The translations under genes were made by a program, and so were the position numbers. From contig CBDDTI010000047.1 of assembly GCA_965233585.1 (NCBI GenBank), positions 1-29,355 on the forward strand: DNA of 29,355 nucleotides, given 5' to 3'. Positions 19,601-29,355 of this stretch are shown here, piece by piece. Numbering within the stretch: the first letter of the stretch is position 1; each line of letters starts with the position of its first letter. This stretch comes from a bacterium. GTDB lineage: Bacteria > SAR324 > NAC60-12. The notes beneath the pieces were generated by a model that was given only the letters and a program-made list of their open reading frames with translations, searched no databases and was not told the DNA's origin.

Positions 19601-20241
19601 AGAAACCGTTGGCGGTGGGGTTTGCGATTTTGGAACTATCCAAACTCTACATGTATCGATCGTACGACAAATTTAGACGTTACTTTGGAACGGAGAATCT
19701 AAAGTTGTGCTTTTCGGACACAGACTCGTTTCTGTTTCAAGTAAAATGTCAAAATTTAGTTAAAAAGTTAAAAAGAATGGAACACATGTTCGACTTCTCA
19801 AAATACGATAAAGATCACGAGTTGTTTGACGATAGCAGAGCCAATCATTTGTTTTACTTTAAAGACGAGCTAAAAGGAAAGGCCGCAATTACTGAATTTA
19901 TCGGCTTAAGGCCAAAATGTTACAGCATGACGGTCAAGGATTTGAAAACCCGAGGAGCCAGCGTAAAGAAAATTTGTAAGGGCTTAAAAAAAACTAGTAT
20001 TAAAAATCACTTGACCTTTGTGGATTACAAAAAATGTTTAAACGAATCAACATTGGTATATAAGCCTCTTGTTAATATTAAATCAAAGAATCACAGAATG
20101 TCAACAACCTACCAACGGAAAATTGCTCTATCTGCCATGGACACCAAACGTTATGTGCTTTCTTGTGGAAAGTGCACTTTGGCCTTAGGAAGTTGTCATG
20201 TAAAAAAATGTTGTAAACATGAATGTAAGGAAATCAAATAA
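16677..20241 (+). CDS. polB: Protein-primed family B DNA polymerase; five exons (16677-17872, 17948-18732, 18795-18970, 19032-19398, 19454-20241), 1103 aa
   Basis: Splicing restores ExoII FHNAKG|YD, motif A YVD|ANNLYG, YHK|RDDQFPLAP and motif B KLFANSTFGKFI|EN. ExoI ADFEC, ExoIII YCGLDV, motif C SDTDS and an endonuclease VII-like insert CHIC...DHDHVTG...CN are present. Confidence 0.93.
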
Positions 20242-20304
20242 ACGTATTGATAAAAAATTGATGGTAATATTTTGTCTCTTTTTTGTGTCAAGAAAATTAA
20301 AAAC

Positions 20305-20991
20305 ATGGACGGATTTGATTTGCGCTTTAAGCTTCCATCTAACTTACTCGCGGTAGGTCCCACTTCTTGCGGAAAAACGTCATGGCTAAAAAAACTGGTT
20401 GAAGATAGGGCCGTAATGTGCTCGCCCGTTCCGGAATGTATGATTCTATTTTACAAAGAATTTCAACCAACCTATGCTGATATGGAGCGGGGGATGAACG
20501 ATGACGCGCGTGAAAAGAGGTTTTGCAAATTTTCATCCATGCCAGAATCGGTTGAAGAGATGAAAGATATACTGGAAACGTTCCCTAGAGCTCTTCCAAA
20601 AATTGTGGTATTTGACGATTTTCTTGATGAAGTAGGAACGGTGCTAAAGCACTTTTTCACGGTTTTAACGCATCATTATAATTGTTTGACAGTTTTTTTG
20701 TGTCAGAACATGTTTAGCGCCAAAAGCGAACTCAGAATGCTCAGCATCAACTCGCAGTACATGATTTTATTCAACAATCCCAGAGACCGTAGCGCCGTCT
20801 CGCACCTGGCTAAACAGGTGTATCCGGGTAACGTGCATCGGCTAAACGATGCATATGCGACAGCAACCGGTGAAAGACCTTATGGCTATTTACTGCTGGA
20901 TTTTCATCAGCAGCAAAATAATTTGGTTCGATTAAGAAGTCATATTTTTCCGGACGAACAGCCTACAAGGGCGTACAACGTACGCACGTAA
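20305..20991 (+). CDS. A32/FtsK-like genome packaging ATPase, 228 aa
   Basis: Walker A GPTSCGKT, Walker B IVVFDD, FT...HH.N....L.QN, NPRD, YGYLLLD; start moved to the first ATG at 20305. Confidence 0.93.
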   Translation: MDGFDLRFKLPSNLLAVGPTSCGKTSWLKKLVEDRAVMCSPVPECMILFYKEFQPTYADMERGMNDDAREKRFCKFSSMPESVEEMKDILETFPRALPKIVVFDDFLDEVGTVLKHFFTVLTHHYNCLTVFLCQNMFSAKSELRMLSINSQYMILFNNPRDRSAVSHLAKQVYPGNVHRLNDAYATATGERPYGYLLLDFHQQQNNLVRLRSHIFPDEQPTRAYNVRT

Positions 20992-21021
20992 GAATGGCAA
21001 AATCGTTAAGTAGAATGGTAA

Positions 21022-21375
21022 ATGACGAAATCACTAGAAAAAGCAGTTTCTCTTTTAAACGCGGTAAAACATTTAAAAGACCGTGACTGTTCCAATTTCA
21101 TTGGATGTTTAAACGAGGAAGGCATCTATACTCTGTGTCGAATAATACACTACGTTTTGAACGGAGAGCTTACTTTTAGTAAGCGCGTTCGAGCAAGGTT
21201 AAGATCGAAAGTCGGGTGTCATCTGCCTGACTTTAAAAAACTGTCAAATTACCCGCGCAATAGTCGAGATATTTGCAAAAAGAAGCGAATACTGCAAAGA
21301 GGAGGCATAATCGGGGTTCTGACGGCTATTGCTAGCGCTGTAATACCTCTAATCACTCAACTTATTACAAAATGA
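21022..21375 (+). CDS. Conserved small Polinton virion protein, 117 aa
   Basis: KKKRILQRGG followed by a hydrophobic tail IIGVLTAIASAVIPLI; usual position after the ATPase. Confidence 0.75.
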   Translation: MTKSLEKAVSLLNAVKHLKDRDCSNFIGCLNEEGIYTLCRIIHYVLNGELTFSKRVRARLRSKVGCHLPDFKKLSNYPRNSRDICKKKRILQRGGIIGVLTAIASAVIPLITQLITK

Positions 21376-22865
21376 AAAAGAAACAGGAAGAGGACGTATC
21401 CACCATGTTTTTGGTGCCGAAACGAATTTACCTTGCCTTGAGGGAGGTCATTAGCGAAGATGACAAGCTTAATCAATTAGATCAATTGAATAAAGGTACA
21501 AATTATATAGAAGACGCTATTCAATTTAAGCAGCAGAAATCCTACAAGACACAACCGGAAGATTTAAAGAAAACGGTTTCAACTTTGGTAAATACGTTCA
21601 ATAACATTGAGCAGCCAGCACAGATGGAAATAAACACCTTGCCTGCTCGAAACAGCGAAGAACTCTCGCAAAATGGTTTTACTTCTGTCCCTCCATCAAG
21701 CGGAAGCCAGCCCGATGGTCCTAATTTCATCTTTCCACCTGTAAATCCAACGGAAGCGGAAAACGTAAAACATCAAAAGGAAATAACGCTTTCGCATCAG
21801 GAAATTGCATCGGAAAATTTACTTAATAACGAGCCTCAGCCTCAACACTGCGAACCATCAAACATCGACTTGAAAAAGAAAAACATCGTTCCGCCAAAAC
21901 TTAGATGCCCGTTTTGTAACTATGCAACCTACTCAAGGGTATATTTTCTTATGGAACATTTGCGTAATAAACACAACTACCGCGCTAGTTTGGAAGAAGA
22001 AAGATTAGCGAGAGAAACATTGGAAAAGGCCAAAATTGAGCGCAATTCAAACAAAACCAAGGAACCTTTGCCATCTTTTCGCGGCAAAAGAAAAAACATT
22101 AGTGACGAGGATGAAAGCGGCATTCCATCAAAGCGGCGAAAACGTGATTGTTTAACTAAAAATTACGATGAAAATGAACCACTTTCGAAATTAAGACGCA
22201 ATGTAAAAAATAAAAAATTAAATGCAAAACCAACAAAGAAAAAGGTAAAAAAGTCAACTTTTGATGAAAACGAGCCACTTTCTAAATTAAGACGTCAAGG
22301 TGTAAAAACGAAGAAAGAAAAGAAAGAATCAAGAAAATTAACTGTTGATGAAATACCTAAACAAGATGAAAAGGTTTTTAAATTACGAAAAAACCCGTTT
22401 TACATGAAGCCTTATAAAAAATACAATACGAAGAAAGAAAAGAAAGAATTAAAAAAGTTGACTGTTGATGAAATACTTAAACAGGATGGGAAGCTTTTTA
22501 AATTACGAAAAAACCCGTTTTACAAGAAGCCTTGTGAAAATTTCGATGAAAATGAACCACTTTCGAAATTAAGACGCAATGTAAAAAATAAAAAAATAAA
22601 TGCAAAACCGACAAAGAGAAAGTTAAAAGAGTCGACTTTTGATGAAAACGAGCCACTTTCTAAATTAAGACATCGAGGTGTAAAAACGAAGAAAGAAAAG
22701 AAAGAGTTAAAAAAGTTGACTGATGATGAAATACAGCTTTTTAAATTACGAAAAAACCCATTTTACAAGAAGCCTTATAAAAATTACGATGAAAATGAAC
22801 CACTTTCAAAATTAAGACGCAATAGTAAAAAAAAAAAAACCGTTTTACAAGAAGCCATTTCCTAA
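21372..22865 (+). CDS. Lys-rich repetitive protein with one C2H2 finger, 497 aa
   Basis: ATGA overlap; N-terminal MFLVP; CPFC...HLRNKH; modules DENEPLSKLR x5, FKLRKNPFY x3, TKKEKKE x3; AATAAA at ~22897. Confidence 0.8.
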   Translation: MKKKQEEDVSTMFLVPKRIYLALREVISEDDKLNQLDQLNKGTNYIEDAIQFKQQKSYKTQPEDLKKTVSTLVNTFNNIEQPAQMEINTLPARNSEELSQNGFTSVPPSSGSQPDGPNFIFPPVNPTEAENVKHQKEITLSHQEIASENLLNNEPQPQHCEPSNIDLKKKNIVPPKLRCPFCNYATYSRVYFLMEHLRNKHNYRASLEEERLARETLEKAKIERNSNKTKEPLPSFRGKRKNISDEDESGIPSKRRKRDCLTKNYDENEPLSKLRRNVKNKKLNAKPTKKKVKKSTFDENEPLSKLRRQGVKTKKEKKESRKLTVDEIPKQDEKVFKLRKNPFYMKPYKKYNTKKEKKELKKLTVDEILKQDGKLFKLRKNPFYKKPCENFDENEPLSKLRRNVKNKKINAKPTKRKLKESTFDENEPLSKLRHRGVKTKKEKKELKKLTDDEIQLFKLRKNPFYKKPYKNYDENEPLSKLRRNSKKKKTVLQEAIS

Positions 22866-23023
22866 ATTGATTGTTAGAAAGTTTTAAGAAAAACAAAATA
22901 AAAAGATAAAAATAAAATTTTCATATTTTTGCAATTTCCTTAACTATTTAGTAACAGCATTCCGTTGAAGTTTATAGCAAGAAAAGAAAAGAAAAACCCG
23001 AGTTATTGAGCACGTTTCTTCGT

Positions 23024-23623
23024 CTATGGACCGCTGACATTCTGGTGCTGGGATCTAAAATTTCACGCCAGCGTCAAAATTGAGATCCCGGCACCAGAAA
23101 AAGTAATGCAGACAAGTAAAATTTTGATGCACGCATGAAATTTTTAGTGCGTGCACCAACTTTTTCATGCCTGCATTAGACAGAGCAATGCAGGCACCAA
23201 ACTTTTCATGCACGCACCAAACTTCTCATGCCAGCATTAGACAAAGCAATGCAGGCACCAGATTTTTGGTGCACGCGCCAAACTTTTCATGCCAGCATCA
23301 GACGGAGCAATGCAGGCACCAAACTTTTCATGCACGCACCAAATTTCTCATGCCGGCATTAGACGGAGCAATGCTGGCACCAAACTTTTCGTGCACGCAC
23401 CAAATTTTTCATGCCAGCATTAGACACAGCAATGCACGCACCAAACTTTTGGTGCACGCACCAGAAATCGGTGTGCATTTAGATGCATTTAGATTGAATC
23501 AGTTGACGTTTTGCTTGCAACGAGAACGCATCTAGATGAATTTAGATGAATTTAGAACGCATTTAGATGAATTTAGATGAATTCGGGCCGAAAACATCTA
23601 AAAACAGGCTCCTGTCATCCGTT
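23024..23623 (-). repeat. Right terminal inverted repeat (600 bp)
   Basis: CTATGGAC...CAGGCTCCTGTCATCCGTT; matches the left TIR with a few substitutions and has five rather than four 61-bp units. Confidence 0.93.
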
Positions 23624-24554
23624 TTTACTACAACAGTTCCCTTTTTTTCACTCTACTATGGTTGGTTCCCAAAGTTTTCTGAGGAGGCCCTTCTATTTCT
23701 CCTATATTATTACATGTTCCAGTATCTTCAATGGCCAGCAACCCGTCCAGGAAAATCCTAGGATATGAAGCCGAGGATAACTTCCATGGCATTATGGAAT
23801 GCAAAGTGTTCTGCAGATGTCACAACAGGAGAAATGATAAGATTCTACAGCAATCAAATCAATTTTGGTGGCTATCAAAATTCCCAACTTTTGGGGTAGC
23901 TTTGAACATTTTATACATTACTAGAGGCATAAATATATTTTTTATACATAAATAACTGAACAAAATTAAACTACAACAAAGTTTCAACCTCCTGAAAAGC
24001 AAATTGACTATGGTTGAAGCAGTACTTTATCATCACGCTGTGGGATATCCTTTTAGAGAATACTCTGCCTGCTTGAAAACTTGTACCTAGCTAGAATAAA
24101 CTCGGAAAGACATCAGTTTGAGCCAAGCACTTTCGAGCATCATATCTTCGTTGTACTTTCTCACCTTATTCTGATAATAAATCAACACAAATTTATTACA
24201 GGATCAAACGAGGTAAATACTGAGGACAAATTGCTGAAATGGGAATGACTAAAGATGGCCTCTTTACATACAAATTTTCTAGGGGTGTGTTCCGTTGTTG
24301 CTACAAGGGTAAAGGGGAAACAACTGAACCATTTGCTGCAAATCCCTGCACATGCATGTAATTATGTACGGTCAGGGAGTAAAAAACGAGGATTGCAATA
24401 AAAGTGGTTACGGAAGGGAATGCTAATACAACATTGCTCAGCGCAAAATATCATCATACCTGAGTGGAGCTGAACAATTGAATGTCAACCCTTATGGATT
24501 TAAAGAATAATACTTTGAAGTACACAATGTCATAAAAACCATGCAATTATCTTT

Positions 24555-24706
24555 TGTAGGAACTTGAACCTCTTTCAAAGGTCTTAACGGAAGGTGATGT
24601 GTAATGATAGGATGTTAAAGGGTTCTACACTGTAATTCCGGACTACACTGTAAACATTTTAGGATTTAGGGCTTAAAGGACAAAGGGCAAGGCCAGAAAT
24701 CCTACA
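24555..24706 (-). repeat. Putative 3' LTR (152 bp)
   Basis: Bounded by the inverted termini TGTAGGA...TCCTACA; preceded on the minus strand by PPT GGGGGGAG (24717-24710). The 5' LTR is outside the window. Confidence 0.6.
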
Positions 24707-24997
24707 TCACTCCCCCCATGGACACTGTCGGTTGCCAGTCACCAGGCAAGATTATGTGGTTACCAGGCACATAAACAATAGGTTGCCACAAGTTGTATTG
24801 ACCCAACCCCGGTAGTAAGGCTCTTAGGGTTGATGAAGATGATAAAGATAGTATTAAATATATATGTGGGGATAAAAGACACAGATCGTTAAGGATTAGA
24901 AGGGGCAGAAGGAGCAGAAGGACGAATACGTTGATGCAGTTCAATGTTCTCCCGAGGTCGGCAGATGACGTGATATTGTCTCACCCGGTCTCGTCTT

Positions 24998-26800
24998 CTA
25001 CGGAACCAGTAAGGTAAAAGACGTGCTATAAATGCAAATACATAACAAAGCCAAATGATATGCAATTATCGCAAGTCCAATCACTGTTAAAGCTAACTGC
25101 ACATATGTGAGACAACTTTTAAACTTAATTGTTTGTTGGTGTGTAACTCGATATCTAAATTTGTCCAAAGGAACATGCCCAGCATGTTCTGTTGTGAGTT
25201 CTTTTAAGATTTCTTGTAAATTTAGGTTGGTATCAGTGCCATTAATCTCTTTGAACCATTCCATTGCATCATGGATTAAGAGGAGTGGTATCAGTTATTG
25301 AGAAGAAACTATGTGAGGATTCCCAACAAAGAAATGATCTGGGGTGTTAGCCTTGGGGCAATCCTCCGTTAGTGTAAGGAGATGAATCCCTTAATTAGTT
25401 TCCACCTTTGCTCCTTCTTTACAAGCTGTGGTGAGTTGTGTGGGTCTTGAAACTAGAATTCGAAATTGATTCCCACTAAGTTGGACTGTGTGGGACGCAA
25501 CTTCGGACACAACCACATCACAGAACCTTTCAATCTCTTTCATGTGTTGCTTATAAAGGTTGAAAAGGCATAATTGAGAAAGATTCTTTTGTAAAACATT
25601 TTCGTTCCCTCAATGGAAAATCCTGTTGATACTTTTGCAGCGAAAGATCTCTGCTTCACTTAATTCTTTCCCAAAAGTGCCTGAAGGGTCCAATGCCAAG
25701 TAGGACTTCTCACTTCTTACTGTGGCCGTTAATCCACTTTGCAAAAGGAATGGTGCCGGTACATAACAGAACAGGTTCATTAGATCCCTGCTGTAGAGTG
25801 GAATGTGAATGATGCAAACCAAATCCCCATCTTGAGTTCCCATTACTGAGACCTCTGATTGAAAGATCAGGTCCACGTCTTCAGTCAGTGGCGCAAGGTT
25901 GGCTTCATTAGCCTTGTCCACCACCTCATCATACTCACTCTGCAATTGTTTGGAGTCCACCAAGAGTGGGCTGAACTGGTTGTCTAGCAAAGCTTGCAAT
26001 CCCGTGAGGAACATGAATGTTTCCGCAACAAATATACGTGACAAATGGTCCACTCTCGCAATAATGGTTTCCTTCTTATGAGCTAGATGTAATTTGCTAT
26101 TGTCTACGGCCACATTGGTCGGCTTGATAAGCCTTTTCCATGGAATCAATTAACTGGCCTAATCTCAAAAAGGCTTCAGATACCTTGGATGCCACATATT
26201 TACTTTCCTCTTGACTCCCTTCTAGTGACTCCCTAATGGATGTTAACTTGTGCTGATTAAAGACGGACAGCATGAATCCTGCGAGTTGAACCAAACTGCC
26301 CACAATGGCTGTGTTTCGTCTCTTTTTCCTGCCTGTAGGAATGGGAGCAGCCATTGTGGTCCCTGTTTGAGTCTTCCAGGAGTTCACCTTGGTGCCCAAA
26401 TTTGCAATTATTTTGTCCTTAAACCCATTAAAGGTTATCAACCTCAGAAAAGGGAGTCCTTTTTCTTTGTCAAAGCCAAATGATGGATGATATCCAATTT
26501 CCTCCTCAAAGTTGCCAATTCATATTGTAGATGTTTATAAGAATCGCTATTACCTGAGACCAATTTATTGATTGCACTCTGTAAATCGGCATAGTGATCA
26601 AAGGCCTTCTTCAAAGAGGGGAGGTTCAAGGGTACCAAAAGGTGGCCGTGCATGGTTTGGAGTGTTACCTGCCCCATTGCAGTGAAAAGTTTAGAAGACA
26701 ATGGTTCTTCTGTGGAAGACTCGTGTGTCCGAACAAGGACCCAAATCAAAGTACGAATCAGGAGACACTTAATGGATACAGCTGAACCTTTGTGATAGAA
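24998..26800 (-). pseudogene. env: env-like class I fusion glycoprotein, disrupted
   Basis: Hydrophobic leader, furin site RKKRR followed by fusion-peptide-like NTAIVGSLVQLAGFMLSVFN, heptad region, IIHIPL, Cys-rich region, C-terminal TM. Frameshifts near 26470 and 26125; in-frame stops at 25610 and two more before 25264. Confidence 0.75.
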
Positions 26801-26969
26801 TCCCCAACAGAAGCCTCTTTTTATAATAAATCTTAGACACGCATAATTTGTCTCCACCAAATTTCCTGAAATTTGCAAATATTACTGTTAGCTCGCAACT
26901 CTTTTTATACAATGTATTATCCGGAAATACAATATTTACACGCTCGGAGTTTTATGTTACAACTGATCA

Positions 26970-27434
26970 TTAACCGTTGACCAGGGAAAGATAAATAGTT
27001 TCGTAAACATTATTATCATTAGTGTTATTATTCGATCTTCTAGGAAGCGGAAGTCGAGAACGGAGGATGCGACAACATCGACGGAGACACAAGACCACTC
27101 CAGGGTAGATCAGCAGAATGATGAAACCCTCCATTGCCAGCATGATCCATCCAAGTATCCTGGGGGGGGGTAAGCGCTTTTCCTCCCAGAAATTGACAAA
27201 GTTGAGCCCCTTCTCTAGATAACTTATTTGCATTGTGTTGGGGATCGTGGTAGCGTGGAGTGGTTTTTCGACCAGATTGAATCCCCTTTCCAGATGACTT
27301 CTCTGTGTTGTGCTGATCTCCTCTTCTACAAGATTGAACCCCTTTTCCAGAAGGTTTCTCTTGGTTGAATTGGCATGCAGTGCTCCCTCTATCTCCTCAG
27401 GAAAACCTGGTATGTCTTGACACAGTGGATCCAT
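26970..27434 (-). CDS. Possible accessory membrane protein of the retroelement, 154 aa (may be a fragment)
   Basis: LE(K/R)G(F/L)N(L/F)V x3, TM segment ILGWIMLAMEGFIILLIYPGVVLCL, basic stop-transfer, tail NVYETIYL. Confidence 0.45.
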   Translation of the reverse strand: MDPLCQDIPGFPEEIEGALHANSTKRNLLEKGFNLVEEEISTTQRSHLERGFNLVEKPLHATTIPNTMQISYLEKGLNFVNFWEEKRLPPPRILGWIMLAMEGFIILLIYPGVVLCLRRCCRILRSRLPLPRRSNNNTNDNNVYETIYLSLVNG

Positions 27435-27671
27435 CCTTGTGGATTCTGTGTCCTCCTCGGATCGCGGAGCGTCCTCAAATCCCAGGCGATGGACACCTCA
27501 GTTTATCCTCTTCAGGGGTCTGTGGTGAAGGTCAAAGATTGTCTGGTTAGGGTATTCGGCGAATTCTACCTGACATTGGTTTTGCTACCGCTCCAATTTC
27601 GTGGTCACCATCTCGATGAGGGCCATGGTTTCAGTACCGTTGAGTTACCGGTACCGTCAGTACCGATTGAG

Positions 27672-27845
27672 TACCGTAAATTCCGAACAATAAGACGCAC
27701 CTGATTATAAGCTGCACCCAGTACATTTCCAGGTAATTTAAGAACAAAAAAATTCAGAATTACTACATAAATCATGGCACTGTATAAGCTGCAGGGTTGA
27801 AAGTGTGGGAAAAAAGTCACAGCTTATAGTCCAGAATTTACTGTT
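27672..27845. mobile_element. Tc1/pogo-type MITE inserted in the retroelement
   Basis: TA-CCGTAAATTCCGAACAATAAG ... CTTATAGTCCAGAATTTACTG-TT imperfect TIRs; internal TATAAGCTGCA repeats. Confidence 0.6.
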
Positions 27846-28077
27846 TACTGTTTAATGGATGGCCAGCAGAACTTGCTGACCATCGAGATGTTGTAAATCA
27901 CGGTTCTGACATAAATTGCTTGGACAGGAAGAATGGGCACCTCCGCCTCTGGCCTCCCAGACAGACTTGGTGGCCCACTCCCTAAGGACTATTGGTTGCC
28001 ATGCCCTCGTGGTTAATGTTGTCTGGTCCCCATCTTTTTGAGACATGGGGGACACTCCGTGCTGGACAGTTCAGAAT

Positions 28078-28743
28078 TTACGGTACATGAAAGGTCCGGT
28101 AGAGCTCGGCGGTTAGGGACACGGCGGTTCCAATGGAGACAGCAATTCTGCTGAGCCAGGAGACCCATTTGGCGTATTTAGTTACCACTGGGTGAGTCTC
28201 CCTGAAATTCCGCCATCGCATATGAATGTTCCTCAGCGAACGGCGGCTGTACGAGGGGAACGACGCCAATATCCTCGAGAAGGACCTCCCACCATTCCTC
28301 ACTGTGCCCATCAGACGGTCTTTGACTTTCTTGACCCATCTCATAGGGGGCCTCATCCCAGCTGGGACATTCTCCAGTTGCTTCAGACCCAGTTGGCTCT
28401 GACCCGGTTGGCTTGGATTCATATCCCTCGGACGATTCGGTGACTGAGCGACTTGAATGGCATCGCTCGGGTCTCTGTCCATTGGATTCACCTTTGGATC
28501 CTTTGCTTGTCCCAGGGGAAGTTTGGGTAGCGACTTTGTCCATCTTGGGATTTGGGCTAGATCCTCCGCGCTTTGAATCAGCCTTCGAAGAATTGTGGTT
28601 GCCCTTCCCACCGCTCGGAAACACCCTGACGTACCGGTGACCATTATCAAGGCCACAAAGACAATTAACCATCCCCCTATACTTAGCAAGTCTAGGGGGT
28701 TCTGACGGACTTTTTGTAACTTTGACATTTTGACATGCCTCAA
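28078..28743 (-). CDS. Possible accessory ORF downstream of pol, 221 aa
   Basis: N-terminal hydrophobic segment IGGWLIVFVALIMVTG; open for over 200 codons in a decayed element; first in-frame ATG is a few codons in. Confidence 0.4.
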   Translation of the reverse strand: MRHVKMSKLQKVRQNPLDLLSIGGWLIVFVALIMVTGTSGCFRAVGRATTILRRLIQSAEDLAQIPRWTKSLPKLPLGQAKDPKVNPMDRDPSDAIQVAQSPNRPRDMNPSQPGQSQLGLKQLENVPAGMRPPMRWVKKVKDRLMGTVRNGGRSFSRILASFPSYSRRSLRNIHMRWRNFRETHPVVTKYAKWVSWLSRIAVSIGTAVSLTAELYRTFHVP

Positions 28744-28853
28744 TAAAAGTTAAGGTTTCTGAAGTTTTGGCTAATTTCCCCAGTTTGGGATTAATGATAG
28801 CTTTTAAGGATTTACATGTCCTTTTATAGTCTCATGAGAAAAAGCGTGGTAAC

Positions 28854-29355
28854 CTAGATAATGGAAATTGGGCCAGCTTTCAAATTTTGCTGTATTTTGG
28901 CCACCTCTCTGACCTTTTGAGCCTGTCTAGGCTCCTCAGTCAGTTCCAGGGGGCATAATTGTCTTACGCTCCGTTCTAGGATAAGTGGTTTCATGGGCTC
29001 CCCTTTGCCATCGAAACGCGGAACGGAAATTTCAACTTTGCGTACACTGCCATCCCTAGGAGGAAAGATTTGGCACACTCTAGCCAAACTCCAATATCCC
29101 CGCTTAACTTTTTCCTTATGCAGTACTACCACATCCCATGCTTAAATGCATGGCTGGGCTGTAAACCATTTTTCCTTTTGTTGGAGCGACAAATGGTACT
29201 CTTTCCACTATATGGAGTATAGGTGGTCCATCATCTGAGCGCGATGCTCCCATCTAATTTTTGCACTGCCTTGTCCCTTGAGCGTCGATTGTGCAAAATT
29301 ATCCCCATAAGGCAATAGCCTTTTACCGTAAACTAGCATGGATGGGGTAAGCACA
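28854..29355 (-). pseudogene. pol: BEL/Pao pol C-terminus (post-integrase DUF5641-type domain)
   Basis: VLTPSMLVYG...RW...I*WKEYHLSLQQKEKW...*AWDVVVL...RGYWSLARV..IFPPRDGSVRKVEI...RSVRQLCPLE; two in-frame stops. Confidence 0.9.

Larger units (their letters stand above)
3000..23623. mobile_element. Polinton/Maverick-type endogenous DNA virus (adintovirus-like), ~20.6 kb
   Basis: Long TIRs enclose integrase, pPolB, packaging ATPase, cysteine protease, major and minor capsid genes, the diagnostic Polinton gene set. No target-site duplication is visible. Confidence 0.95.
24555..29355 (-). mobile_element. Decayed BEL/Pao LTR retrotransposon with env-like gene, 3' part
   Basis: Order on minus strand: integrase C-terminus, extra ORFs, env-like gene, polypurine tract, LTR. 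Confidence 0.8.

Noticed and set aside
16677..20241. Polymerase as a fragmented pseudogene
   Set aside because: All four internal breaks have GT-AG ends with pyrimidine tracts and restore conserved motifs in frame.
20272..20304. ATPase start at 20272
   Set aside because: TTG start is unlikely in a eukaryotic gene; ATG at 20305 precedes the conserved DLRFK.P region.
23167..23535. ORFs inside the TIRs (23167-23535, 3088-3273, 23567-23768)
   Set aside because: Translations of the tandem arrays; the 61-bp unit does not preserve frame.
23624..24554. Possible host exon or ORFs between the two elements
   Set aside because: No sustained frame or recognisable motif found.
28178..28672. 164-aa ORF overlapping the 221-aa ORF
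   Set aside because: Low-complexity, no motif; I cannot tell it from a frame shadow without other copies.

Overview
Eukaryotic (probably invertebrate) genomic DNA. It is dominated by a ~20.6 kb, nearly intact Polinton/Maverick-type endogenous DNA virus (adintovirus-like) between long terminal inverted repeats (3000-3538 and 23024-23623). The element carries the expected core: rve integrase with chromodomain, protein-primed family B DNA polymerase, packaging ATPase, adenain-like protease, two paralogous major capsid genes and a penton gene. The unusual parts are: (1) adjacent, intact TBP-like and TFIIB-like genes inside the morphogenesis block; (2) heat-shock elements just upstream of TATA boxes at two putative early promoters; (3) short GT-AG introns in the polymerase and regulatory genes but none needed in the structural genes; (4) a one-base frame break separating the Zn-finger N-terminus from the polymerase; (5) a penton that looks like two fused penton domains. 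To the right (24555 to window end, minus strand) lies the decayed 3' part of a BEL/Pao LTR retrotransposon with a furin-site env-like gene and extra membrane-protein ORFs. All family calls rest on motifs recognised by eye; no database search was run, so novelty is unverified.
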